Positions 51,688 through 64,000 of a stretch of 64,000 bases of DNA are shown here, one piece after another (within the stretch, counting starts at the first letter, position 1; each line of letters starts with the position of its first letter). This DNA is from Nemertoderma westbladi (Eukaryota; Animalia; Xenacoelomorpha), in assembly GCA_032718475.1 (NCBI GenBank), contig JAUCBJ010003070.1:62001-126000 (forward strand), given 5' to 3'. Position numbers and translations under genes: made by a program. The notes below the pieces were generated by a model. That model was not told the origin of the DNA, made no database searches, and was given only the letters and a program-made list of their open reading frames with translations.

Positions 51688-51999
51688 TCGAACTCCTCCT
51701 AAACGGGCAGAGGGATTGCGCTGGAACTTGGCATGTGTGTATAACATTAACCAGCGGTCGTTATAGGCCACGTTTAATTCACGTTCGGTACCGGTACTTG
51801 GGTACCGGTACGTCAGTAGGCCTATACCGGTACCAGTACGCTAGTAGGCCTATGCCAGTAGCGGGAAATACCGGGTAACATGCCTCGGGTATTGCCTGCT
51901 AGTTATCAATATTATTCAATATATTCGATCACCCAGTTGAAGTTCCAGCTGCATTGGGAGGAGGTGGGTGATCCCAATTGGCATGTTGGCGTAGTCAAT

Positions 52000-52345
52000 C
52001 ACCCCTTCGTGGCCGAACCATTCCAACCCACCACTGAACAAGCCCCTTCGCGGCCGAACCATTTCTTCCCAACCCACCCCCGAACCACCCCTTCGCGGCC
52101 GAACCATTTCTTCCCAACCCACCACCGAACCACCCCTTTGCGGCCGAACCATTTCTTCGAAACCCACCCTGAACCACCCCTTCGCGGCCAAACCATTCCA
52201 ACCCACCAGCGAACAATCCCTTCGTGGCTGAACCACTTCTTCCCACCCCACCACCAAACCACCACTTTGTGGCCGAAACCTTCCAACTAACCCCACCACC
52301 GAACCACCCCTTCGCGACCGAACCATTCCAACCCTTGCCACCACC
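52000..52345. repeat. Tandem array of a ~42-45-bp unit
   Basis: CCCCTTCGCGGCCGAACCATTTCTTCCCAACCCACCACCGAACCA repeated about 8 times. Confidence 0.85.
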
Positions 52346-53475
52346 GAACCAAATGCCATACCCGGGCGATGAGTTCCTCCAGTAGTCTCAGCAGCTCCTC
52401 CCATATCAGGCGTGTTTCTCCTGGTTTTAGAACTCATTATTGGGAGTCACTCCCTGTTCATACTAGGCATCATCGTCGACATGACGATGGGGAGAGGGAG
52501 CGGCGATCTGATCGTGGCAGCGGCCATCGGGAGCGGAAACACACCAGGGAGCATAGCCGTGGGAGTCCGGGGTACCGAAACCGGCAGTGGAGGGGGTCCA
52601 GTCCCAGACGCTATTGGTATTCCACCTGTAGAGGGTAACCAGTACCGTAAATCGTATGACGTGACCTAATGAAACTAATAGAACGTCGGCCCTCTCTCTG
52701 TATAAACTTATATAGTATACATTTTTACGTCCTGCCCTGTTATATATTATTACCATTTTCGAATAAAAATAATTCTAAAATTTTTAGGTACTTTCTATAT
52801 AAAAAAATAGGAGAGTGATAAATTTTACAATGCTCTTTTCGTAAAACATTAATGCGGAAGCCAAGTTTTGCTTTCAGTTCCAATTCGAATAAACACAATT
52901 CAATGTTGGTACCTATCTGATATACATACAATATTGCAATGTTCTAGAATTAATATATACGTAAATAATAACCTGAAGCTAATAAGACAGAAGTAATTAT
53001 TACAGTATTATTTAATTATTACGGTTTTTATTTCCGTATATTAATATTAGAAGAACATTGAAATATTGTGTATATTATTAATTTTTGAGAATTGAATGTA
53101 ATAACAGCATATAGTGTATGCATTTAAAGCAATTATTCTAAGAATCGTGTTCTAATACATCACGCATTCTCAAGTTTTTCTAATGATTACGTTATTTTAA
53201 GTCCCAAATGTCTTAAAATGAAAAATATGAAAATTAAAATGTATTTGTATTGTGTTTATTCGCAATGTTCTAAGCGCCAATTAAAATTTAACCCTATTAG
53301 ATCTGGGCTATAAAATGTTGTACAAATACCGGGGGTGGGGGGGTCATATTGACCCATCCCTCTAAAATCTACAAATTTTTACAAAAAATCTGATTTTTTG
53401 TTTGTACGTAGGTATCACTAGTGTGGATCCGACCGAAAAAAAATTTCGAAAAAATTTACTGGGGTGGTTATATTG

Positions 53476-54131
53476 TGTGACGGGATCGAGTCTGAGATCC
53501 CGACCGGGTAAGATTGTACGCGTCACTTGGCCGCTGGGCTGCTGAGCTATTATCTTTTGCCGAAGGCCGTTGGGGAAAATAACAGAGTTTGTTTCTCAGT
53601 ATTAATAATCTCAGAAATAATAGCACAGTCAGATGTATACAGGTATAGTAACAATAATCAGCATAGCATAAATGACGACAGTAGCACATATGAAATGATG
53701 GTCAAAACTATGCCAGTCCGCAACTGTGTGATAATGAACTGACCGGTAAATCAGTAATCAGAGTAACTATATGATTGATACATATTGGATTGAGCTCTAT
53801 GCTACTACTGTGGCCTTTGCTACCCAATGGATGCCCTTCTATCCTTCCTCACGTGCTTCCCTGCCCTCTATTGGCTTATATACTAATTGTCACTTTGACA
53901 CTCCCTGTAGGTGCTACTCCCAGATGCTAGCCTCGCTAGCTGGGTTGTCCCTCTTAGGTGGTTTGACCTCTCACCTCTCTCTGTGGCTTAGGGCGTGTGT
54001 CGCCCCCCCCCCCCCCCGAGTTGGTTATGAGGCGAGATTATTTATTGGTAATTTCTCATCGCCAACTATATTGGTAAAATGCCACTGGTCCCATTTTCGG
54101 TGGGTGGTGTAGGGAATTGAATCCGCTTACA
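53476..54131 (-). repeat. 3' LTR of BEL/Pao element 3
   Basis: Direct repeat of 61097-61588 plus 62171-62323. Confidence 0.92.
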
Positions 54132-56003
54132 CTCCACCCCCATGCTATCTTCCTGGTGAGAAGATAGCATTAACCTTAAGTATGCTTCAATTCCGCTGGA
54201 ATCCAATCTAATATTGGATGTGGGGTGGAGTTTTCTTCTTGGTGTCGGCTTTCCAGACCGGCCCCCATGGGTCTGTTGTTACTACCCATCCTCGGTGCAA
54301 TCGCGAGCTATGTTGCACCAAGGTATCTGGTGTCTCTGTTTGAGACCATTGTCTTCTCTCTGCACACATTTTTTTTTCTAACCTTCCTCAAATCTTCCTC
54401 ACGGACTTTGCTGTCCCTTCCTCTCTCACCAGTCCCTTGGGACTCATCATCCTCCGTGCTCGCTCCCCACACTTGAATCGTACTCCTTTCATTTCCTCAC
54501 ATGCCAACACCTCCTCCCCATACTTCCCCCATTCCCCCATTTTCGTTTTCACTCTCCACACACTTATCGGGTCCCACACATGTGTGCACCATGTTAGTGG
54601 GATCCGTCTAAGTCTCGTCCTGCCGTTCTAGTCAATTAGTCCCCAGTCCCAGTAGCTAATTAGAAAAAGGTTGTACTTGACTACAGTATTTATTATATAA
54701 TATACATACGAGTTATATATAATAATTAATTATTATAATTATATATTATATACATTATATTATACGCTCGTCTACATGACGCGTCTTAACACCCCCCCCC
54801 CCCCCCCCCCCCCTGACTCGTCACGTGATATGACTCGTCACTCCCGGTCCCTCCCATTCCACGCTCTCTCCGTCATCACGATTCTCCTCTCTCACCAGAC
54901 TGGTGGTGCCTTAGAAAGGCTCATGATGGCAAGAGAGAACTAAATATGGTCTTAATTAGTTTAAATCAATGATGGCTTTCCTCCTACCTTGTTCTTTCCT
55001 TCATGCTAATATTCCCCGAATTTTATTTTATTTTATTTATGTTCCCCCCTGCCTATGCTATTATCCTATCTGCCTTCTCAGTTCCTCACGTGGCACCCTC
55101 AGTGCCCACAGGTTCTATGGTACTGTGTACCCTACTACTCCAGTATGCGTACATACCCCCCAATTCCGTAGGATGTAGGTCCTCTTAATCTTCGCCCCAC
55201 TCTCCTTGTAAATTCCAACTCTCTTGGAAATGACCTTCCCTTCTCCTCCACCCTTAAATCGGGTCTTTCCGTCATCTCACTAATCTCCTCGTGGTCCCCT
55301 GGCAGCAAAATGCCACCCTCCATCTTGTCGTCACTTGGCGGTAGAATGCCGCCCTTCATGCCATCCTCACTGGTACATGCCACCTCTGCTGGCCTCCCCC
55401 TCAATATGTGCGCAGGCATTAAAGCCCCCAATGACCACCGGTCGTCCTTCGGTACACATAAGGACTTTACCATTTAATGCCCCTTCACACTCTGCCAGCC
55501 CCATGTGCGTGTACAACACGCCTCCTCTAACTTTCCTGCCTCTTTCGTCATGCTTCGTTATCGGCTTCTCCACCCTTGGTCTAATCTTCCCACATCCTCT
55601 CCCCTTCCATCCTGTCTACTTACTCGACCTCCTCCCCATCGGTATGCTTCTTAATTGGACCGGCATCTCTTCCGGACATCTCTCTCCGGATGTCTCCGGA
55701 TATCTCGCCATCCACTCTTCTCCATCCTCATACCGATACTCGCCGGGAAGATCTATGTTCCATCCCATCGCCTCTAGGTCCTCTGCACCGAACCCGTTCT
55801 CCTCCGCCCACTCTCTTGCTGTTGCTTCTCCTCCTGACTTATCTATCGGCGGTATTTCTCAGGACTTATCCTCCACCCTTTCACCACGCTCCAGTATGCG
55901 TGGTTCCAGATCCATACCCATCCCTGACTCCTGGTGTCCTTCCTCGGGCCGCTTCCCATATTGGACCTCCCCAACGCCCATCTTTGGTTTCTCCTCTATG
56001 TTC

Positions 56004-59000
56004 TCAAAAGCACCGGACAGCATGCACCCTGATGTCTCGGACACACCAAATGGTGTCCTCGTCTTTATTGGGCCAGTGAGCGTCCATCCAAATGGCGTGA
56101 GAATGGTACGTCTGTAACCCTATCCTTGCGGCCACCCAACTCTCCGTTAGTGTGAATGCTGCTCCACTATCGACCAACATCAGTGTCGTAACCGATAGCC
56201 TGTCTTCTCCTTTTATTCTCACTGGTACTACCCCGAGTAATACTGTCCTCCTCCTCTTTGCTCCCATCGTGCTCGTTGCCATTGTTTGGCCTCCAGTCTC
56301 ATCAGTCTTGTCGTATTCTATCGGTGGTTCCTCGCATTCATCCTTCCAATGTCCTCCTACTGTGCATCGATGACATAGTCCATTCTTATCAGCGTAGGCT
56401 ATCCGATCTTGTTTGAGTAACACATGCCAATGCTTACAGTCTATGGTCTTATGGGTTCCATCTCTATGCAATTGACATTTGTAGTTGGGGTTGTAGCGTT
56501 CCTTGTATAGCCCTTCACGTATCGTGCGTAGATCCATATCTAGCAGTTTAGTGTTTTGGTTATTTGGATTCGGCCCACTGGGGGTATTGGGATTGTATTT
56601 TTTTGTATTGTTATTGTGCTTCTGTCCCTGCCACGGTGTGGCCCTACTCCCAGCTGCTTGTGGACTACAAGTCCCCTGCGTGGCTGCATGCGGTAGCGAC
56701 TGTCTCACTCTTGGAAATGCAGGATTATGTTCGGGTTCAGCTCCCCTTGTCACATTGGGGACCCGAGTGTTACGGTGTTTACTGAGGCTAGTCTAGTGAC
56801 TTGCCTCAGATTCACCAATGGCTTTGTTGGTCGGGGTGGAACATGAGAATAGCCTCCAACTCCAGAATCCCTCTCCCCCTCACAATCTGGCCTCCCTGGT
56901 GACCCAGGGTTTGGGCCAGAAAGGTCATCAGGAAAGGGACTCAAAGAATTGTTGGCTTCTCTCTCTCCAGTAGGGGGTGAGACAGGCAGCCGGTCAGGAG
57001 ATAACTGACGCCTGTGAGGCCGATTGTGTCCGGTAATTCCACTGGCCTCTAGTGGTCGGACCTCCGCATTACTAATGTAATCCATAGTGGGGAGTTGGGG
57101 GGTGCTTTTTTGCCGAGGCAGCTCTCGGGGCAAATACCACACCCTGGTTTGGTGGGTGTCGCAGTGGAGTCAGATATGAGGCCCATCACCCATATCTACA
57201 CTGGCGCACATCACCCACCATTGGCTGTGCAGCTCATCTGCTGGGTCATGCCCTGTACCCCTGCTGCCAGGTGCAGGTCGCAGTGAAGTGTACTCAGAGT
57301 GGACATGAGAACACTATACTTCTGACCAGCCATTGGTAGATCACCAAACTGCCTGGCCAGGCCATATACCCCTGCAACCAAGTATATGGGTCCTTAATCC
57401 AGGACCAACGGCGTCCATATCCCAGAACGAAGGGGGGTCCTAGTTACAGGACCAGATTTGCCCTAGTAAGAGGGTCTATGCAGCTACAGGTGGCACCTCC
57501 TTTATGCTGCATGGAGGTGGCAAGTTTTCTTGATCAATGACCTAGAATACCTGACCTGACCAAATTCCCTGTCCAGGGCTCGCCATGCAGTCGTGAATCC
57601 TCATTCAATACCTTGGTATTGCTCTCACGATGTCGTATGCTGGCCCCCCTGTGTAGACTTGTAAGTATTTAAGGCACTCCACCTGCGTCAAATTCTTCGT
57701 TAAGATTTCATTGCTGTACATACGCCGGAATTGCAGATATTCCTCCGGCTTACTACCATCGAATTTGAAGGGCTCCACTGGGGCAGGCTCGATCCTAGTC
57801 TTCAAGTGCGTCGATGAGTGTTGCCATTCCCATCGCTTGTACTTCTAGCGCGCTCGATGGTAGAGATACAGACTCCCTTGCTGTTGGGTGTGGTTCACCC
57901 TTCGGGCCCGTCGACTTTCCTTGCATTGGATATATCATCGGGTAACGGTCCCCTCCATATCTCCGTGTCGCACGACTTATGTTGGGTCTGAGGGGTTTGG
58001 GGTTTTTGTTCTTGGCTGCTGTAATTGCTGATACTGTAATGGGGGAATGTCACCCTGCCCCCCCCCCCCCCCCCCCACCGGTGTTATGTTTGGTACTGGG
58101 GTTGATGTTATCATGTTGGGGCCCATAGACCTATCGGCAATACCTCCCCCCTCCCCTGGGTATATATTATATCCCTGCATGTTATAGTCATACTGGTGTG
58201 CAGCTACCGGTATAGGCCTATCCACTTCTTGCCTACCGACCGGTATGTACGCCGCGACCTCCGGGTTTAATCCCGTTGTCGCGCTACCCTATCGCCTACA
58301 CTATCTCTCCCAGCATGGCCTATAGTATGTGCAGTAAGGCCTACAGTATGTCCTGCAGTCTGCCTGTGTCCTTCCGGACCGAAGTTTAATCTTCTCGAGT
58401 ATTCCAAGAAGTCCTCCCCGCAACTACCATATTCTCGATCGGCAGCTAAGTTCCGATGGAAGTTTCTCTTCGATCCCCTCTTCTGTCTTCATCCTCGTAC
58501 TGGTACATTCTGTACCCCTCTCCCGGTGTGTGGTATATCCCACCAGGTTGTGTTTCTCCGAGGCGACGGCAATCTCCCGGAGTACGACCCCACCGGCTCT
58601 CCGTCTCCATCTCGATTACTGACGGTTCGCTGTCCGTCCTTCCCCTCCAGTTGCTCGTAGCAACGCTCCCTCGATTCTCCTCACCTCGTCTGATTCCAGT
58701 GCAGTGTTCCTCCTCGTGAGATCTCACATCGACCTCCCGATAAACTCCACTGTTCTTCTTCCATCTTACGACTGGGCTCGATGTTTTCTCACTCGCCCGC
58801 TCATGGCACCAACTTCTCTCCCTCCGCTCGGTTGGATGGCCCTGGGGATATTCGCAATCCCCCTACTATTCTCTGTCATTGGGTGCCGCGGTTCACTTAA
58901 CTCACCACGTGCATTATCCGCCGATGCTTGTGGGACATTCTCCACCCCCCCCCCCCCCCCCCCCCCCCCCCCTCTCGCCCGCCATCGGGTGCCACGGTTC

Positions 59001-60800
59001 ACTCAACTCACCGCGCACATTACCCGTCGACGCTCGTGGGACATTCTCTGCCCCCCCCCCCCCCTCTCGCCACTAATCTGCTTGTGGTGGGGTGCCCGTA
59101 GCCCCCCCCCCCCCCCCCCCGCCCATCACCTCTTTCCTCGCCCCTACGCCCCCCTCTAGTTGACGCATTATCTCTACCCTCGCTGGGTTTATTCACCCCC
59201 TCTCCTCCCTGCGCAACTGTGTGGCCTTGCAGGCTCTCATTGGCCAGCTCGCTTGTTCCCCTTACGTTTGTATTAATTGCACCATTAATAATTTCGCCCT
59301 GGTTTGTTACACCGATATTAATGATATTACTTTGATAAATTTCTTACTTTGATAAATTTCTTCGGGGTTATTTATTATATTATTACCTAAATTATTGTTT
59401 AAATTATTTAAATTATTTTGTTCGGCATTATTTATATCATTATTTAAATTATTTTGTAAATTTAAACTAGGATTATTATTACCGGGTAAAATAAATTTCC
59501 TGCAAAAAAGATTTGATTAGTGTTATCTATTACGGTACTATTAATATGAACTCCCTCAAACGTATTATTATTACCCCCCCCCCCCCCCCCGCACATACGG
59601 TCACACCAGTCTTGGGTCTGTCATCCGGTACCTGTAAGTGGGGTATTAACAAAGGTTTCCATCACCCCTGGTTCCTTGTAAATACTACCCGAACCAGCCT
59701 CGCTCTCCGATAAACCCATTTTTGCCAGCTCTAACCGGTGCTTTTGTTTCGCTTCATATTGCATTAACACCCTCAGCTGGGTATGCATATCCTCCCACAT
59801 GCATTTACCGCTCTCTCTCTCTCTCTCTATCCTCCCTAATACTCTCGTTGGCTAGCTCTGCCTCTCTCGCCTCCCGCTCTCTACGCTCATTCACCTCTCT
59901 CGCCTTCCGCTCTCTGCGCTCGTTCACCTCTCTCTCAATCTTCTCAGCCCTCCTCGCTTCCCGCTCTTTGTGCTCATTAATCTCTCTCTCCTCCTGATCT
60001 TTGCGCTTGTTTTCCACTCTCTCCTCCTGCTCTTTGCGCTCGTTTATCTCTCTCCTTCCCACTCTTTGCACTTGTTTATCTCTCTCTCCTCCTGCTCCCT
60101 ATAGTTTATCGCCACCCTCTCAGCCCTCTCTTTACACTCTCTTGCTAATTCTCTCTCCCTCTCTAGTAACGCAGTTCCCTCATCCAACTGCCTTTCTAGT
60201 TCCATTTGATCTAGCGCAACAATGTCTAATTGACACGCCAGATCTATCTCTAACACCCGTCTTGCTTTCGTGGAAGATGTAGCGGACTTATCGGTCACGA
60301 CGGACTCCCGTCGCCTCTCTGTCCTACTAATTTTCCCCCGTTTGCTGGGATTCCTACTAACCGACGACACCAAATCTTCGGGGTTAACCTCGGATTCGCC
60401 GTCGTACGGGTCCGCCCATCCCACTAATTTAATTCCCCTGGCATCTACTAAGTAAGGCCCTACGTACACCACGTCTGGTACCATCACCTCGGACTGCCAC
60501 AATTCAAACAGTTCTGTGGCAACCCCCCTCGCCCTCTCACTCGCCAGTTCCCCTTGTCCAAAACGGACTAAATAATGGAAATGTTTATTGGACTCACCTA
60601 GCCTCTGATAATGTGTAGGCTGGTCTACCTTTCTCCCTTCTTTGGCATCCTTTAGTATCTTCTTCGTGGCGTTGTACACCCATCGAAGGCGATCACTCGT
60701 CCCGATGTCCTCCTCGTTGACTCTACCTTCCCTCCTCGTCCGGCATCGTACCATCGGCCCCACCGTTGCCATTCCGGTGGGCCGTTCGTCGCCCTTGGCC
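56004..60800 (-). pseudogene. gag: Fragmented BEL/Pao gag-protease
   Basis: Coiled-coil pieces (59805-60772); FKFDGSKPEEYLQF...LKYLQVYTGGPA (DUF1759-like); knuckles CQLH...HKTIDC and LCHRCTVGGHWKDEC; protease LVDSGAAFT. Confidence 0.8.
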
Positions 60801-61085
60801 TAAGGTTGGCCGGTGACTTCGGTACTCCGACCGCCATCATCACCTCGCGTTGACTCCTCATTTCCCTACTCGTTGTCGGCCGCCCTCCGCATGTGTATCC
60901 GGATTGTCCCTTGCTGGTGAGTCCGGGGTGGCGGGCCGGTATCGTCTCGTCGCAGCCTCTCGGATCGTTTGGTTGGTGTCGTCCGGGGTCCGCAGCGGCG
61001 TTCTTTCTCCCTCCGATTCTCGGGGTGTCTGTTCGCTCATCTTTGGGCCTCTCTCCTCCTCGGGTTGTGGCCACAGCTGTTGTTG

Positions 61086-61096
61086 ATAGTTTTGAC
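61086..61096 (-). promoter_or_regulatory. Non-tRNA primer-binding site GTCAAAACTAT, complementary to LTR-internal ATAGTTTTGAC (61322-61332)
   Basis: It abuts the 5' LTR end and forms a perfect 11-nt inverted repeat with 61322-61332 (53701-53711 in the other LTR). Confidence 0.75.
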
Positions 61097-62323
61097 TGTG
61101 ACGGGGTCGAGTCTGAGATCCCAACCGGGTAAGATTGTACGCGTCACTTGGTTGCCGGGCTGCTGAGCTAATATCTTTGGCCAAAGGCCGTTGGGGAAAA
61201 TAACAGAGTTTGTTTCTCAGTATTAATAATCTCAGAAATTATAGCACAGTCAGAAGTATACAGGTATAGTAACAATAATCAGTATAGCATAAATGACGAC
61301 AGCAGCACATTTGAAATGACGGTCAAAACTATGCCAGTCCGCAACTGTGTGATAATGAACTGACTGGTAAATCAGTAATCAGAGTAACTATATGATTGAT
61401 ACATATTGGTTTGAGCTGTACACTACTGTGGCCTTTGCTACCCAATGGATGCCCTTCTATCCTTCCCCACGTGCTTCCCTGCCCGCTATTGGCTTATATA
61501 CTAATTGTCACTTCGCCACTCCCTGTAGGTGCTACTCCCTGATACTAGCCTCGCTAGCTGGGTTGTCCCTCTGAGGTGGTTTGACCTCAATTCAATTCAA
61601 TTTCAATTCAATATTTATTTATTTTCCCAAATGTTACGTACATACAGAAATATTACATACACAAACAGTTAAATTTGATAATACAATATTATATATGATT
61701 TGTAGAACTCTATTTGGGACTGGAGACTGCAGGTAGCTCTAGGGGGCTAGTGAGTCGCAGCCACCAGGTGGGGGGGGGGGGGGGGGGGGGTGGTCTGCAA
61801 GCAAGCCTAAAAGATATAATAAGATTAAAAAGAAAGTATATGAATATTATATTTAAAAATTGAATAAATGGTACAAATAAAATACTGTATTATAATTTAA
61901 TTGGGGGTGTAATTTAACATGGAGACATTTACTGTATTTTATTTTCCAATACTGGTGTTGACGAAAAGTTATAATTTGAGATGGGTGCACGTAGGGGCTT
62001 GACGGGTTATGCTGTAAATTATATGCTAAAGTGATTGAAGTGGTTCATTTTTTAGTTTCTTGCAGAATACAATTTTGTTTGGAAGAGTTTTAATATTTTG
62101 ATTTAATGTATTCCATATTTGGGGACCGTTGTAACTTAGAGATTTTTGACCAATGTGGAGATTAAATCTCTCACCTCTCTCTGTGGCTTAGGGCGTGTGT
62201 CGCCCCCCCGAGTTGGTTATGAGGCGAGATTATTTATTGGTAATCTCGCATCGCCAACTATATTGGTAAAATGCCACTGGTCCCATTTTCGGTGGGTGGT
62301 GTAGGGATTTGAATCCGCTTACA
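61097..62323 (-). repeat. 5' LTR of BEL/Pao element 3, interrupted by a LINE
   Basis: Matches 53476-54131 apart from the 61589-62167 insert. Confidence 0.9.
61589..62167 (-). mobile_element. 5'-truncated CR1/L2-group LINE 3' end inserted in the LTR
   Basis: Minus-strand ORF tail SLSYNGPQIWNTLNQNIKTL...FCKKLK; (GAATT)n tail; absent from the other LTR; flanked by a CTC duplication. Confidence 0.7.
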
Positions 62324-64000
62324 TATTGCAGCACCAAAATTACAAGTAGTGCACAATTTTCACAAAATTTGAAAGTTACATTTTTCAGCTAATTGTTTTT
62401 CAATACAGGCTTTCTGGAGCGCAAAATACATTGGAAAATATTTAAAAATGATATGATTACTATAAATGGCTGTTTAGTCCTCTCTGCGTAGGCAAAAAAT
62501 GAAAAAAAACAAGTAACCAGCACTTTTCAGTTAGAACACAAAATTTTTAAATCACTTATACGATGCTATAAATTCACATTTTCAGGTTTTCTAGAGCGCT
62601 GATTCTAATGGAATACATTTCTAACATGCCAGATCATTGCTACTTGTATTTTTCGGCGTAATTTGGCAAATTTTGGTGCTAGGACCAAATTTCGTACCCA
62701 TCACCAAAAAGTACAATTTTGCGATTTCCAGTGCTGATTTTATTGATTCCATCGGATTCAGGACCCTCATAAACCTGTATAACGCAAGAAACAAGGTGAT
62801 ACTATCTACTGATTAACTTGCTTATTTTCCAAAATTTGGTGCTGGCACAACAATTTTCACCCACCGGCGAAAAATACAAGTTTGAAAACTCTTCTGAAAT
62901 TTTTACTGATTCAATTGAATTCAGAACCCTCACAAACCCGTATAACGCAAGAAACAAGGTGACACAATCAATTGATATATATGATGGTTTTCAAAATTTG
63001 GTGATAGCACCACATTTTGCACCCACTTCCGAAAAATACAAGTTTGAGATGTCTAGTTCGATAATTATATATTCCATTGAATTTAGAACAGTCATAAACC
63101 TCTAAAATGCAAGAAATAAATTGTCACAAGCAATTTTATCTATTGAATGGATTTTCAAAATTTTGTGCTACCACCAAAATTTGCACACAGCACCGAAAAA
63201 TACAAGTCTGATACGCTTGGTGCAATTCTTATACATTCATCGAAACCAGAACCCCAAAAAACCCCAATTGCATAAAAAACAAGTTTCAAACAATCAATTT
63301 ACAAAATTTACATATTTCAAAATTTGGTGCTGGCACCAAAATTTGGCACCCACCGAAAAAAACAAGTTTTAAATTTTTAAATCAATTTATATGAATTCCA
63401 TCCAATTGCTAACACCAAGAAACCGGTGTAAATCAAAAAGAGAGATGTTACAATTCATATTTAATGAAATGTAATTTTCAAAAAAAGTCTCAAAAAAAGT
63501 GCCAAAAGTAGAGTTAAAAAATGGTGCTATAACTCGAAAACTACCAACTATTTTTGAAAACGGTTTTCACTACTAGGAAGACAATAGATTTTTATGAAGA
63601 TTCGTAAAATTTCAGATTCCCAACTGCGTTTGTTTCAGAATTATAATAAAAAAACCAGAGGGGCTTCATATTGACCCCCCACGGGTTTAATAGGGATAAA
63701 AGTTATATAACACACATCACCAATAAAAGTTTTAAATGAATTAAAATAAATAAAATTGTTTTGCGTATCAGTGCGGATGCTAGTAATCAGAGTTAATTAT
63801 TATTGTTGTTTATGGTAACTGGTGAGTCGTATTCGATACTAAAAAAGTGTGAACGGAGTTCCAACGGGAACGCGTTCCAGACTATAGGGGCGGACACAGA
63901 GAAAGCACGTTTATCATATAAGTTGAGGTTGAACCTAGGGACACTCAAGGGTTGAGAGCCGCTGTATCGAAGATTACGGCTTGGTGAATATTGAGTAATG

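Larger units (their letters stand above)
53476..62323 (-). mobile_element. BEL/Pao LTR retrotransposon, non-autonomous and degraded
   Basis: LTRs at 53476-54131 and 61097-62323 (TG...CA); TSD TATTG at 53471-53475 and 62324-62328; PPT GGGGGTGGAG at 54132-54141; gag and protease remnants, with no RT or IN motifs found. Confidence 0.92.
53292..63695. mobile_element. piggyBac-like MITE split by BEL/Pao element 3
   Basis: TTAA-CCCTATTA at the left end and TAATAGGG-ATAA at the right end; subterminal (GGG)TCATATTGACCC motif near both ends. Confidence 0.6.

Noticed and set aside
51544-52756. ORFs over the (CT)n and 45-bp repeats, and the Arg/Ser-rich 89-aa ORF
   Set aside because: Low complexity, open on both strands, and no recognisable domain.

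Overview
This is AT-rich eukaryotic (probably invertebrate) DNA made almost entirely of nested transposable elements. It holds two complete BEL/Pao LTR elements on the minus strand: 791-12932 (TSD ATACG, inside a Mutator/Kolobok-type DDE transposase) and 53476-62323 (TSD TATTG, inside a piggyBac-like MITE). Both keep gag-protease but lack RT and integrase. There is also a degenerate BEL/Pao pol with a long unknown ORF in the env position (17279-22370), a young single-ORF Mag-type Ty3/Gypsy element (29604-34788), several RTE-like, CRE-like and CR1/L2-like LINE fragments, a Penelope GIY-YIG fragment with a minimal hammerhead ribozyme, and MITEs/foldbacks. One probable host gene encodes a secreted Cys-rich, probably GPI-anchored protein (24218-24870). 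The most notable observation: neither BEL/Pao element has a tRNA-type PBS. Instead, the 11 nt directly after the 5' LTR are the exact reverse complement of an 11-mer inside their own LTR, and the two families differ at 4 of 11 positions with pairing kept. This points to Tf1-style self-primed reverse transcription in BEL/Pao elements. All family assignments come from motif recognition by eye; no database search was run.
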